Positions 14,331 through 27,602 of a stretch of DNA of 64,000 nt are shown piece after piece (position 1 is the first letter of the stretch; each line of letters starts with the position of its first letter). The DNA is from Octopus vulgaris (taxonomy: Eukaryota), in the NCBI GenBank assembly GCA_951406725.2, contig OX597815.1:1922001-1986000 (forward strand). The letters are read 5' to 3'. Position numbers and translations under genes: made by a program. Below the pieces are notes generated by a model that ran no database searches, was not told the origin of the DNA, and was given only the letters and a program-made list of their open reading frames with translations.

Positions 14331-15437
14331 GGTATCAAAAAGTTCCAGGACTAGTTTATGTCTACTAAAAAATAACTAATCTAAGTTTTGACATTGTCTC
14401 CTTTGAAATAGTTACCTTGTGCAGCAATGCACCGGTTCTTGCATTCCTGCCACTTTTGGAACCTGGCCTGTAGAACGTTTTCTGTAAGCGAGTCAAGAAT
14501 CTTCTGCTATTTGCTCTGGGTTTTGATAATGGTGTTAAAATGGTGACCTCTGAGTTACATTTTCATCTTGGGGAAGAGATGGAAAATCTGGTGAATAGGG
14601 TGGGTGCGGAAGTGGTTTCATGTTATTTTTGGTGAGAAACTCACAAGGAAGGAGAGCTTGCTAAACAGAGGGCTTTGTCATCATGAAGAATCCAATTCTT
14701 TGCTCTCCACACATCCGGTTGCTTTCGCTGAATGTCTTCCTTCAAACACTTCAAAATGTTGCAGTAGAACTCTCAATTGATGGTCTGGCCCTGGGGGAGG
14801 AATTGATGGTCTGGCCCTGGGGGAGGAATTGATGGTCTGGTGCTGGGGGAGGAATTGACGGTCTGGCCCTGGGGGACGAATTAATGGTCTGGCCCTGGGG
14901 GACGAATTGATGGTCTGGCCCTGGGGGAGGAATCAATGGTCTGGCCTTGGGGGATGAATTGATGGTCTGGCCCTGGGGGACGAATTGATGGTCTGGCCCT
15001 GGGGCACAAATTCTCGATGCACAATATCACATTTCTGGAGGTGACGCTCATGGCAGGTATTCCAGATTGCTCACCATCTTCCAGGGATGTCCTTCCACTT
15101 TTGAAGCATCCATGTCACTTGAAACATTGTGTACGACCCATTACCTCGTTACCATAAGCTTGCAGAAGCAGTCTCAATTTCTCTGTAGCAGACTTCCCAA
15201 GTTTCATGCAAAACTTCAGGTTGGCTCTTTGTTCCGACTTCCTGTCCACGACAAAATCGCAGACACCCGTGATCACAAAAACACAAACTTCACAACTTGT
15301 GAAGCAAACACAGTGAGGTCATTCAGCACACTTCCTCGTGAATGTCACTGCTAGCTCTCACTGCACATGCAACCATGTGCTGCCATCTGTTGGCATGCTA
15401 CAAAGCTAGTCTGGGAACTTTTTGATACCCCCTCGTA
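14331..15437 (-). mobile_element. Defective Tc1/mariner (mariner) transposon
   Basis: TIRs ggtatcaaaaagttccaggactag / ctagtctgggaactttttgatacc(ccctcgta); minus-strand peptides IVHREFVPQGQTIN*EFY..NWILHDD and FQKWQECKNRCIAAQGNYF typical of mariner transposase. Confidence 0.85.
14775..15008. repeat. 26-bp minisatellite, 9 copies, inside the transposase remnant
   Basis: Unit aattgatggtctggccctggggga(g/c)g; 9 x 26 = 234 bp. Confidence 0.95.
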
Positions 15438-15597
15438 CCAGCTTTTAAGAAAATTCAGATAATTATTAGGCAGCAATAACAGAGCTTGAAGAGGTCTAAG
15501 ACGGAATTAGTTTGGATTTTCTGTTAATTGAAGAATATGAGTTAACCAAAGCCTGAATACTCTGCTGAAGCCCATTGTGTGTGTGTAATTATGTATG

Positions 15598-15630
<33 letters not shown>

Positions 15631-15631
15631 A

Positions 15632-15663
<32 letters not shown>

Positions 15664-15686
15664 GTTTGAATTGATGTACAAATTTT

Positions 15687-15917
15687 ATATATTAAGAAAA
15701 AGGAAGTAATCAGAATTTTGGTTAATTATTTATTTAGCATTTTCATTTCGTTTATATATGTGTGAGTTAGTTCAAAAATATCTGGAGTTTTTCAACTGAC
15801 CCCTGTATAGAGGCATAAATTTTATGTTAAGGCCTCAACCCTGATGAATCTCTGAAATGAGATGAAATAAATAAATAATTATCTAAAATTCTGACTGCCT
15901 CCTTTTTCGTAATATAT
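15687..15917 (+). mobile_element. Short Penelope-like remnant with 50-bp inverted ends and partial hammerhead core
   Basis: Inverted arms 15687-15736 / 15868-15917; CTGATGA-atctc-tgaaat-gagat-GAAA at 15841-15867, stems I and III missing. Confidence 0.5.
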
Positions 15918-15932
15918 CTATCTATATATGCA

Positions 15933-15965
<33 letters not shown>

Positions 15966-17936
15966 TTACATATGCATATGTAACAGCAGAGGAGAGAAGA
16001 GTTGGCGCGTTGAACAAAAAGAAGAAAATTCACTCCAGCATTATTATTATATCCCTTTACGCACCTTGCTTATTTGATGAAGCTGATAAAAATATGTACC
16101 GTACAAAGTATTGGGGTTGATAGAATCACATGAAGAACTTGAGTGTAGTGACCTAGTATCGCCACAGTCCATATACTGAATCCAGTGAACGAAAAAAGAA
16201 AAAAAAGAAGAAAGTTTAAATGTAAATAAATTTTATGGAAAATACAAAAGAAAAGATTCTGAGGATCTCTCGAGGAGGAGATTTTAGGTTAAAGAATATT
16301 TGTGGATTTGTATTTGGTTTGCAAGATTCTTGATGTGAAGTCATGTATTGAAAGAGATTTTGTCGTATCCTGGGAGGATCATTATGCCATTAAGAAACAC
16401 ATGCTTCGTGTGTGTGTGTGTGTTTGATCCTTCCAAGATCTACCATAAATATGGTAGTGTGTCCTGCAATAATAAACACTCAACAGGTCGTCCTTAATCT
16501 GGTCGTTAAAGAAAGGAAGTTTCTTCGTTTGGTTGGCAGTCTTTTGAGCTTTCAAACGATGCCACCACACTGATGAGGCGAGCAAACCCCAGATCGGATG
16601 GCAGTACCACCACGGGGCGGTTACTCGTTTACAGTGGAGTGGACTGGAACAACATGAAGTGAAGTGTTTAAGAACGCAATATGCCACCTGGTCCAGGAAT
16701 CGAACCCAGAATCTAGCGATCATGAGTGTCGCACAGCTAACCACTGGGCCATGCACCTTCAGGAATAAGATGAATAAAAAAAAAGAAGGCAAAAAAATGG
16801 AAAGCAAATTTGGAAATTGAAACTGTTTACATTGGATTTAGCAAAGGAAACCGCAGATGGCAATTGTGAAGATTTTAATAGAGAAATATGGAATGCAAAG
16901 TACAGCAGATTGGAAACTGGAATTGGATTAAAGAACAAAAAAAAAAACAAACCATTTACCTTTTATTCGTTACAGAGAAATAAAATAAAGCAAAACTGAA
17001 ATAAAAATAACGACTTTGAAGACTGAGAGAAATGAAAGTTTGTTAAAAATTGAGTTTATTTTGATTCTTTTAATTTGTTCAGTTATTAGACTGCGGCCAT
17101 GCTGGTGCAAACAAAGAGCAACCCCAGTACCTGTTGTTTTTTTTTAAGCCTGATACTTATTCTATCAATCTCTTTTGATAGAATAAGTACCAGGCTTAAA
17201 GAAGAAGAAAATAAGTGATGGAGTCAATTGTGCCTGAGTATGGCCGCAGTCAAATGACTGGAATGAGTAAAAGATAAAGATAAAAGAGCAGCAAGTTAAT
17301 TGAGATTAGTAATTAACTAATTAGTGTCATTGTATTTATTGGTGAAGTGAAACTGTTGTCTCTAACAATTGCCAAAATGCTTAATTACAAACATTAAATT
17401 CCTGTTACTAAAAGACAACGGTAATTTAAGAATTGGCTGGAAACGGTTGGAGTTCCTTCAACATTCTTTCAGCTGTTTCGGGCAGGTGAAAGTTCTTTTA
17501 CTCCAGTTGAATAAAATGGTTGGGTACAACTGTTGGGATGCTGACATTTGGCATGACTGACCAGAGATTCAGAATGGTTTGGTGAGAGTATTTTTTGGCA
17601 CCGGAGGCCAAGATGAACACACATGCACCCACCACCCCACAGAAATAGAAACCATGCCAGGACAGGCAACAGAGCTGGGTGCAGCCCCTGGTCTTACTAG
17701 CTCTGGTCAAACTGTATAATTCATGTCATCATGGAAAACAAACATTAAATGATGATGATGGTGATGATGGTGATAAGAGAGAGAGAGAGAGTAGCAGCAG
17801 ACAAAGAGAGAGAGCAAGGAAGAAGCAGCAAAGAGTGAGTGAGAAAGTGTGGTGAGGAGAGAGAGAAAGAGAGACATTACAATTCATTAATTGAACACAG
17901 GTGACATAAATACTTTCCATCTCCATAGACACATAC

Positions 17937-17970
<34 letters not shown>

Positions 17971-19147
17971 TAGGTGGTGGGGTGGCCCGGGGGGGGGGGG
18001 GCAAAAGAAACCCCAAAATGCCTGATGTTGAATAAGTCATCTTCAAACCACCAGCACCAAAAGCATTTCATTGCCCTTGGAACTTATAACATTGGTTTCA
18101 AATTTTGGCACAAGGCCAGCGATTTTGAAGAAGGGGTTAAGTCAATTAGACTGACCCCAGTACTCAACTGGTACTTATTTTACTGACCCCCCCTTAAAGG
18201 ATGACAGGCAAAGTTGACCTTGGTAGAATTTGGTTCCAGTACATAAGTATGGACTAAATACCACTAGGCATTTTGCCCGGCATGGTAACAATTCTGCCAG
18301 CTTGCGACCTTAATGAGAACTTAAAATATTGAACTGTGATAGCTTTTTGGATAAATGAAGGACTGTAAGGAGGAAGGTCACACCAGAAAGAATTTAGGTT
18401 TCAATAGAAATTCTCTCAGGTGTCACAACATGTAGTAGTAGTGGTAGCAGTAGTAGTGTATGGATTTAGACAATAAGATAATGAAGAGAAATAAATTTCT
18501 AAATTGCTAAATCGTTAAACAGGAAAATACATGTAACAAGGATAGAGAGTGGTAAGTATGTTGAGGCATGGGATCGTTAGCTTATAAGTCATGGGTTTAA
18601 TTAAATCCCTCGGCAAATATTATATTTTAACATTCATCTAATGAATCAGACTCAATCAGACTTCAATGAATTTTCAATACAAATTTACTACACCTAAGCA
18701 GCTGGTACTGAGATGGATATTCACGGGTCAAAATAAATGTGTAATTCATACTCATACATGGCTGGAAACATTTAAACCACAAAAAAAAAAAAAGCCCATT
18801 AAAAAAAATGTGTGTGTGTGTTTGTTTGTTCCCCCCCACCATCGCTTGACAACCGGTGTTGGTGTCTTTACGTCCCCGTAACCTTAGCAATTTGGCAAAA
18901 GTGACCGATAGGATAAGTACTAAGCTTACAAAGAATAAGTCCTGGGGTCGATTTGTTTGACTGAGGGTGGTGCTCCAGCATGGCCAAAGTCAAATGACTG
19001 AAACAAGTAAAAGAATATATATATCAGATTGGAGCCTGGTGCTGCCATCTGGCTCGCCAGTCCTCAGTCAAACTGTCCAACCCATGCCAGCATGGAAAGT
19101 GGACGTTAAAGGATGATGATGATGATGATGATATTGAAGATATATGT

Positions 19148-19540
19148 AGGTGTAGGAGTGGGTGTGTGGTAAGTAGCTTCCTTACCAACTACATGGTTAT
19201 GGGTTCAGTTCCACTGCATGGCATCTTGGGCAAATGTCTTCAACTATAACTTCAAGCTGACCAAAACCTTGTGAGTGGATTTGGTAGACGGAAACTGAAA
19301 GAAGCCCGTCGTATATATGTATATATATATACGTATATATTTTTTGACCTCCGCCACCATCACTTGACAACTGATGCTGATGTGTTTACGTCTGTGTAAC
19401 TCAGCGATTCAACAAAAGAGACCAATAGAATAAGTACTACAGTTACAAAGAAGAAATCTTGGGGTCGATTTGTTCGACTAAAGGGGGTGCTCCAGCATGG
19501 CCGCAGTCAAATGACTGAAACAAGTAAAAGAGAGTAAAAG
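19148..19540 (+). mobile_element. SINE family A, full length
   Basis: Colinear with 12792-13201. Confidence 0.85.
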
Positions 19541-20542
19541 AAAGAGAAAAGAAAAAAATTTCATTTCATTAAACTTATTTATAAAGTAATGGCCTCGACC
19601 TAATTGAAGGATCTTGTTGATTCGTTTTGAGGAATTAGAATGGGAAGCCTAATGGAATCGGTGGCTGTAAAAGTACAAAAACCAAAAACAAAGAAAGAAT
19701 GGGGAAACCTAAAAAGGATGGAAAATGGTGAAAATCATAGGAACTGACGACAAAGAAGTGCATGAGTGTGTGTGTGTGAGTGTGTGTGTGTGTATCGTTT
19801 GCCCTTTTTATTTTTTTAACTTCAGTTCTTTGGCTGTGGCCATGCTGGAGCACTGCCTTGAAAACTGGAGGCCAGTCTGGGGAGAAATTTCACCTTGCTT
19901 GGAAACAGGTGAGAGTTGGCATAGAAAATCTGCTTCAGGTGTTCCATCTCATGAATGGAAATGTCGATGTTTAAACGAAGATGAAGATTATTATTGTTGA
20001 CCAATGTCAAACATCCTCCTTTACCTCATCAACATTATCATCATTATTATTATTATAATTATTACTTACATCAACATCAAAATAAATATCAACTGGAAAT
20101 AGTAGTTGTGATACCTGTGCTGGTGGCACATAAAAAGCACCCACAACACTCTTGGAGTGGTTGGCATTAGGAAGGGCATCCAGCTGTAGAAACATTGCCA
20201 GATCAGACTAGAGCCTGGTGCAGCCTCCTGGCTTCCTAGACCCCGGTCGAACCGTCCAACCCATGCTAGCATGGGAAACGGACGTTAAACGATGATGATG
20301 ATGATGATTATGGCTGTGAACTGGCAGAATTGTTAGCAATCTGGAGAAAATGCCTGGTAGCATTTTGTCCATCTTTATGGACCTTCTGCTGAGATCAATG
20401 TACCTTTTCCTCTTTCCAGGGTTGAAGAAATAAGTACTAGTTGAGCACTGGGGTCGATACAACTAACTTATCCTCTTTGCTGAAATTACTGGCCTTGAGT
20501 CAAAATTTAAAATCATCATCATCATTATTATTATTGTTGTTA

Positions 20543-20708
20543 TAGGCGCAGGAGTGGCCATGTGGTAAGTAGCTTGCTTACCAGCCACATGGTTCCAGGT
20601 TCAATCCCACTGCGTGGCACCTTGGGCAAGTGTCTTCTACTATAGCCTTGGGCTGACCAAAACCTTGTGAGTGGATTTGGTCGATGGAAACAGAAAGAAG
20701 CCCATCGA

Positions 20709-20744
<36 letters not shown>

Positions 20745-20901
20745 ACCCCCACCATCGCTTGACAACGGCAAAAGAGACTGATAGAATAAGTACTAGGCTT
20801 ACAAAGAATAAGTCCTGGGGTCTATTTGCTCGATCAACTAAAGGCGGTGCTCCAGCATGGCCGCAGTCAAATGACTGAAACAAGTAAAAGAGTAAAAGAG
20901 A
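20543..20901 (+). mobile_element. SINE family A (internal deletion)
   Basis: Colinear with 12792-13201. Confidence 0.85.
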
Positions 20902-21300
20902 GTTGTTGTTGTTGTTGTCACTATTCTTGCAGACATAGTTGAGATTCTAACCATTCTGTGCAGAGAAGTAAGAGGAAATCACAAGCTGCATTATTGGAGA
21001 GATGACAAAAGGCGGAGAATAATGAGGTCTCTTTTGTAACTCGAAACAGGCTTATTCTGCTGTCTGTCTGTCTGTCCGTCTCTCTCTCATTCTCTCTTTC
21101 TCTCTGTTGTTTCATTTCTGTAGGTTTTTAAATGAATTTACAAACAACAGTTTTTCCTTTATTTTCTAATGATACAACATACTAAATCTCAGCAGAATAC
21201 CCACATCAAATGAGTAGTAGTAGTAGTAGTAGGAGTAATGTTGTAATACTGAAGCAGTTAATTTGATGTAAAACGCCTGAATGAATCCTAAGGGTTACCA

Positions 21301-21334
<34 letters not shown>

Positions 21335-21335
<1 letters not shown>

Positions 21336-21790
21336 CATCGTTTAACGTCCGCTTTCCATGCTAGCATGGGTCGGACGATTTGACTGAGGTCTGGTGAACG
21401 AGACTCCAGTCTGATCTGGCAGAGTTTCTACGGCTGGATGCCCTTCCTAACGCCAACCACTCCGAGAGTGTAGTGGGTCCTTTTATGTGCCACCGGCACG
21501 AGGGCCAGTTAGGTGGTACTGGCAACGGCCACACCCAAATGGTGCTTTTTATGTGCCACCTGCACAGGAGCCAGTCCATAGGCACTGGCAACGACCTCGC
21601 TCAAATGTTTTTTCACGTGACCCCAGCACAAAGGCCAGCTTGTTGCTCTGGCAACGACCTCGCTTGAATGTTTTTTCATGTGACTCCAGCACAAAGGCCA
21701 GCTTGTTGCTCTGGCAACGATCTCACTCATATGGTACTCTTAGTGCTCCACTAGCATCAGATGCCAGCCACCGAGTTTGATTTCGATTTG
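21335..21790 (-). mobile_element. RTE 3' UTR (family C) with a locally duplicated unit
   Basis: catcgtttaacgtccgctttccatgctagcatggg start; duplicated cagcacaaaggccagcttgttgctctggcaacga. Confidence 0.8.
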
Positions 21791-22086
21791 CCACAAGGGC
21801 AGCTTGGGGGAGGGGATTAAGTTGATTACATCGACCCCAGTGCGTAACTGGTACTTATTTACTTGACCCCGAAAAGATGAAAGGTAAAGTTGACCGAGCC
21901 AGAATTTGAACTCAGAACGTAGCAACAGGCAAAATACTGCTAAGCATTTCGCCCAGCATGCTAATGAGTCAGCCAGCTCACAGCCTTAGGAATAATAATA
22001 ATAATAATAATAATAGTCCTTTCTATTATAAGCACAAGGTCTGAAACTTTGGGGGAGGGGGCTAGTCGATTTCACTGACCTCAGTA

Positions 22087-22330
22087 CCCACAGGCATATG
22101 GCGTGGTGGTTAAGAGTGCGAGCTACTAACCCCAAGATTCCGAGTTTGATTCCAGGTAGTGACCTGAATAACAACAACAACGACAAAATACCTTGGGAAT
22201 GAAAACCCAGAGTCCGAAATTTCCCCTAGGCACCTGATGAAGGCTGGAGGGTATATCAGCCGAAACGTTGTGCTAACAACAAACAAGATGAGGACAAATA
22301 TCTGTGAAATGTAAATAATGTAAATAATGT
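22087..22330 (+). mobile_element. tRNA-headed, hammerhead-bearing SINE-like element (copy 1), nested in a minus-strand SINE B
   Basis: Head ggcatatggcgtggtggttaag..gagtttgattcc; linker (aac)n; hammerhead at 22229-22274; tail gatgaggacaaatatc..(tgtaaataa)2. Confidence 0.85.
22229..22274 (+). ncRNA. Minimal type-I hammerhead ribozyme, intact core
   Basis: GGCAC-CUGAUGA-A-GGCUG(GAGGGUAUAU)CAGCC-GAA-ACGU-U-GUGCU: stem I, full core, 5-bp stem II, palindromic stem III; predicted cleavage after 22269. Confidence 0.8.
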
Positions 22331-23351
22331 CAACTGGTATGTATTTTATTGATCCCGAAAGATGAAAGGCAAAGACGACGACCTTGGTGGAATTTGAACT
22401 CAGAACGTAAAGACATTTGAAATGCCACTAAGCATTTTGCTCGGTATCCTAGCGATTCTGCCAGCTTGCTGCCTTAATAATAATATTTCACTGGGTGAAT
22501 AACAAACTGTGTTTCGGGATATGTTGCTAGAGACTATTACAAATTATTTTCCCCGAATACTTTAGTGACAGAAGTATGTAGTAAATAGGAACTTCGGATT
22601 CCTGAGCTGGCATTGTTGTTGTAGCTCAGCCCCAGTCCAGTTATGGTCCCATGGATCTATAATTAAAAGGATTGATTTAAGACAACCCTTTATAATTATA
22701 AAAGCATAATCTAAAGGTGATTTGGTTGTTATTTCTAGCAAATCAAGCAACCTTGTATAGGTTCCTTTGTTAGTTTAAGAGTTTACCTGCTTTATTATAC
22801 ACTTGGCCATCACACCTTCACCAATTATCAGCCACAAGAAGCTGTTGTAAGCAAGGGACTGATACACGTGTGTGTGTAGGGGTGGTGGTGTAATATCACA
22901 CAATGCGAAGTGTGTGTGTGTGAGACTGTTTCTTGTATGTGTGTAATGTATTATCTCACACAATGATGTGTACGTTTGAGGGTCGGGCACTGTTTTTGGT
23001 ATGCGTGTGTATAATGTATTGTACCACACACGTGAAGTGTACTGTGACGTATTCTCGTATGTGTATTATATAACACACAGGTAACCGTGTGTGTTATATA
23101 ATACACAGGTAACCGTGTGTGTGTGTGTGTGTGTGTATTCTAATCCTACGCAGGCGAAGTGTTACAATGCGTTGACATTAATTAAGGCCACAGTGATGCA
23201 ACCGACGTCGACACCTGCGTCGGCAGAATTGCTATTTCTTTTATGTGACGACTTCAAGCATGAATGGAGACACCGCACAGGTAGAGAGAGAGACAGTCCT
23301 GTACAAAATAGACATACACACCTGAATACGAACACCACAAACACATACCAA

Positions 23352-23387
<36 letters not shown>

Positions 23388-23493
23388 TGCAAGTGTGTGT
23401 GTGTGTGTGAAGCGGAACTATCATTTTAATCGTGACAGGTTTTGAGAGGTCTTTCAATCGTTTCTGTCAACACTCACATCCATACACCTATGT

Positions 23494-23565
<72 letters not shown>

Positions 23566-23729
23566 TTGGAGTGGTGAACAGATTTTTAGACATTTTAGTG
23601 CTTTCGACGCTTTTATCATGAATGATGAATCCCTAAAAAGGGACGAAAACGCTAAATATACTTTTTATATTTTTTTTTATCTAGTTTCAGCTCAGGAGCT
23701 GTGGCCATGCTGGGGCACGCAATAAATAG

Positions 23730-23770
<41 letters not shown>

Positions 23771-23819
23771 ATCCGAATCCTCACCACCTATTTTTACACA
23801 CACACACACACACACACAC

Positions 23820-23865
<46 letters not shown>

Positions 23866-24494
23866 ACTCTCTCTCTCTCTCTCACACACACACACTTGTG
23901 CTTTTTTTTCTCCAACACAAAATACATTCAAACAACTACGTCGCGACTCAGAGTTGTTTCTCGATGCAATTTTTCAGACAACAAAGTCTCTCTCCCCCTC
24001 TCTCTCTCCCCATCCCTCTCTCTACACTCAATGGCTTGCGTACTTACATAACGAACCTCCACACCACAGCAAAACAACAATGGTCCTCCACCACCCTCCA
24101 AACAGACTGCAACGGTGTGAAAAGACTCGCCTAGTAGAAGTCAGGTAAACAAACAGAGCAAAGACCACTTGTTTGTTTATCATAATCCTCTGTGTGTGCC
24201 TGTGTGTATGCATGCGTGTGTGTGTGTGTGTGTGTGTGTGTACAGATACGCACACAAGATCACAAGAAACGGACGTAGAGGTCGGAAATTAATCCATTAT
24301 TGACAGATAAATAAATAAATACGGGAATGTAAATAAAGGAATGGCAAAAGGTGAGGGCGGTGGCGGCGGCGGGGTGTTTGTGTTTATGTTTTGAGAAATG
24401 AAGAAAGGTAAAACGGAATTTGGACGCGGGAAGGGGGGGTGTTCAATGACAACAACAGTCGTCATAGTCTGCAGAGAGAGAGAGAGAGAGAGAG

Positions 24495-24531
<37 letters not shown>

Positions 24532-24893
24532 TCTATTACTTGTTTTAGTCATTTGACTGCAGCCATGCTGGAGCAGCGCCTTGAAGCACCAACAGCAGCC
24601 GTCCAAGAATTTGGACCTGGAGATTTCCATTTCCAGCGACTTCGAGAGCCACCTCCCAGTTGTGTCGGGCGTCAACGAAGAGCCCTCGACTACAACAAGA
24701 CAACCAAAGTTTTTTCTTTCTTCCAAGGTCTGGGGTCTCCCGCCCCTAAGCCCTAGAACATCACCTAACCACCCTTACCCGTCTTGGTGGGTCCCTTTCA
24801 GTTATCTACCAAATCTACCCACAGAAGTTTAGTCGATCTGAACCCAGAACCATGTGGTTCGGAAGCAAGCTTTTTACCACATAGCCACACCTG

Positions 24894-24937
<44 letters not shown>

Positions 24938-24940
<3 letters not shown>

Positions 24941-25197
24941 TTTTTTGGATTTGGTTTGCAAGATTCTTTATGTGAGTCCGTATGTTGAAGCATATTCTGT
25001 TGTGTCTGGGGAGAGTCATTCTCTTTTTCTGCCTTATAATGTAACACACTCACCGGTAAAATTTCCACTAATTTCTTATTTTTGTATTTTCCTAAAATTT
25101 TCGTTGCGTTTTGCAACCTTTCCAATAGTCTTTACCGGTGAATGAGTTAAATTATAAGGCACAGAAAGAAAATGACTCTACCCCAGACACAACAATA

Positions 25198-25200
<3 letters not shown>
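24938..25200 (-). mobile_element. Penelope-like short element between (TA)n tracts with inverted arms and a degenerate hammerhead
   Basis: Arms about 24993-25059 / 25131-25200; minus strand 25092-25128 reads CUA-UUGGAAA-G-GUUGC(AAAAC)GCAAC-GAA-AAUU-U-UAG. Confidence 0.55.
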
Positions 25201-25254
<54 letters not shown>

Positions 25255-26224
25255 ATGAGAGAGAGAGAGTGGGGGGGGGGGGCAAACGAAAGAGAGAAGA
25301 GACTGTGTCTATAAGAAAATTTAAGAAGAATATACCCTATTTTAATTTTTCTTAGACGAACAAACCTACACACACACACATTCTTTATAGAATTAACGAT
25401 AAGACCATTTTAACGATTTTTAGCAAGTGGTCAGCGTGTAATAAAAAGCTGGTGGGTAATTTTAATATACTAAATTTATAATCATAGAAATAATTATGTT
25501 GAAAGGATCGAAATAACCTCTCCAACACGCTAGAGATAGACGCCAAATGGCACACTGAGAACCATTTTATTTCTCTTACAAATGAAGAAAAATAATAAAT
25601 ACAACTTTCCAGTTATACAGTGCTTTGGGGAGGGGGGTTGTTAAAATATATATACTTATGTAATCAGTGTAATATATACACTCACACATATATGAGAGAG
25701 AGAGAGAGAGAGAGAGAAAAAAGTGAGAAAGGTAGTGGTAGAGATAAACAGAATCAGGCGTGACATATATTTGTCTGTATATATTGTACACACACATGCA
25801 GATATATATAAAGATAGGTAGTCAGAGAAACACACACAATATATGTTTAGATACATTTATCGCATAAAGCTTAATATATATATGTATATATATGCGTATA
25901 ATTTTATAAATTTCTACTACCAAACCCATATTATATACTCTCTCTTTCCTTCCTTCTTCGTATATGTGTGTGTCCACACATGCTCTCTCTCTCTCTCTCT
26001 TACTCTTTTTCTTGTTTCAAGTCATTCGACTGTGGCCATGCTGGAGCACCGCCTTTAGCCGATCGAGCAAATCGACCCCAGGACTTATTTCTTTGTAAGC
26101 CCAGTACTTGTCCTATCGGTCTCTTTTTGCCGAAGCGCTAAGTTACGGGGACGTAAACACACCAGCATCGGTTGTCAAGCGATGTTGGGGGGGGGGGGGG
26201 GAGACAAACACAGACACACAAACA

Positions 26225-26802
26225 TATACACACACATACATACATATATATATATATACATATAGATATATATATACACATATATATATATATACATATA
26301 TACATATACATATAGATATATATATACATATATATACATACATTTACATATATATACATATATACATATATATACATATATACATACATTTACATATATA
26401 TACATATATATACATATACATACATTTACATATATATACATATACATACATTTACATATATATACATATACATACATATATATACATATACATATATATA
26501 CATATACATATATATACATATACATATATATATACATATATATACATATACATATATATATACATATATATACATATACATATATATACATATACATATA
26601 TATACATATACATATATATATACATATATATACACATACATATATATATACATATATATACATATATATATACATATATATACATATACATACATATACA
26701 TACATATATATATACATATACATACATATATATACATATACATACATATATATATACATATATATACATATATATATACATATACATACATATATATACA
26801 TA
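26225..26802. repeat. Compound (TA)/(TACA) microsatellite expanded from the SINE A internal tract
   Basis: About 580 bp of tacata/tatata; follows the SINE A 3' half at about 26000-26225 (minus). Confidence 0.95.
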
Positions 26803-27602
26803 GAGTTCACGCCCGTTTCCTGGTTTTCTAATGGAGGCAGTTAAGCTCTCACAGGGTGTTGATACGTGTATATGTAACATTTCTGTATCTAGAGGACTGC
26901 ATTTCAAGTGTATATTGTGTGTATATTGTGTATATATTGTGTGTGTGTGTGTGTGTAACGTTTATTAAGAAGAGAAACAAGGAGGAGGTGGAGTGGGAAG
27001 GGCGGCGGTGGTGATGTAAAGAATACAGAAGAGATGAATGCGTCTGTTGCCGGAGGTTGAATATGTTCTGTGGTGTGGAGAGAGAGAGAGAGAGAGAGAA
27101 TTCCATGAAAGGACGTCTGTAGAGAACAGAACAGCAACGAGGAACAACACAACAGCTTCTACACAATGTTATATATATACATACACACACACACACACAC
27201 ATATACACACTTGGCGGGAGGGGGCGGCGGCGGCTGCAGGAAGAATTCTTGAGTGGAACGAACGGATAGTGGCATCAACAACCATTGCTGCAGAATGGGA
27301 AAAATATCAGAGACAAGAAGAATGATAAATAACCTCTCTCTCTCTCTCTCGTTCGACATTATCAAGCTGGATGTTGTCGTTCAATGAATACCACTGTGTT
27401 CCGTGAACCCGGTTTCGATTCCTGCTCGGAACTATCTCCAACGTCCTTTAAACGCGCGACCTTCACAACTTAGCATTTATTCCAAAACCTTTTTATATCG
27501 TAATGATAAGACATTTTATTTTCTTTTTCAAAACTTGCGATTTTAGTGAGACAACCATATGTTATAGCAATGGACATTTTTTGTTTTTGCCAATGCTTAC
27601 GT

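Noticed and set aside
14775-15008. CRISPR-like repeat array
   Set aside because: No spacers, eukaryotic context, unit derives from transposase sequence
16570-16600. CUGAUGA hammerhead candidate (also 33082 and minus-strand 31431)
   Set aside because: No stem II plus GAAA or stem I partner
26108-26907. Long ORFs (231 aa etc.); also 31806-32465, 42678-43655, 56675-57394
   Set aside because: Translations of TA/TACA/ATGT/GATA microsatellites that lack stop codons
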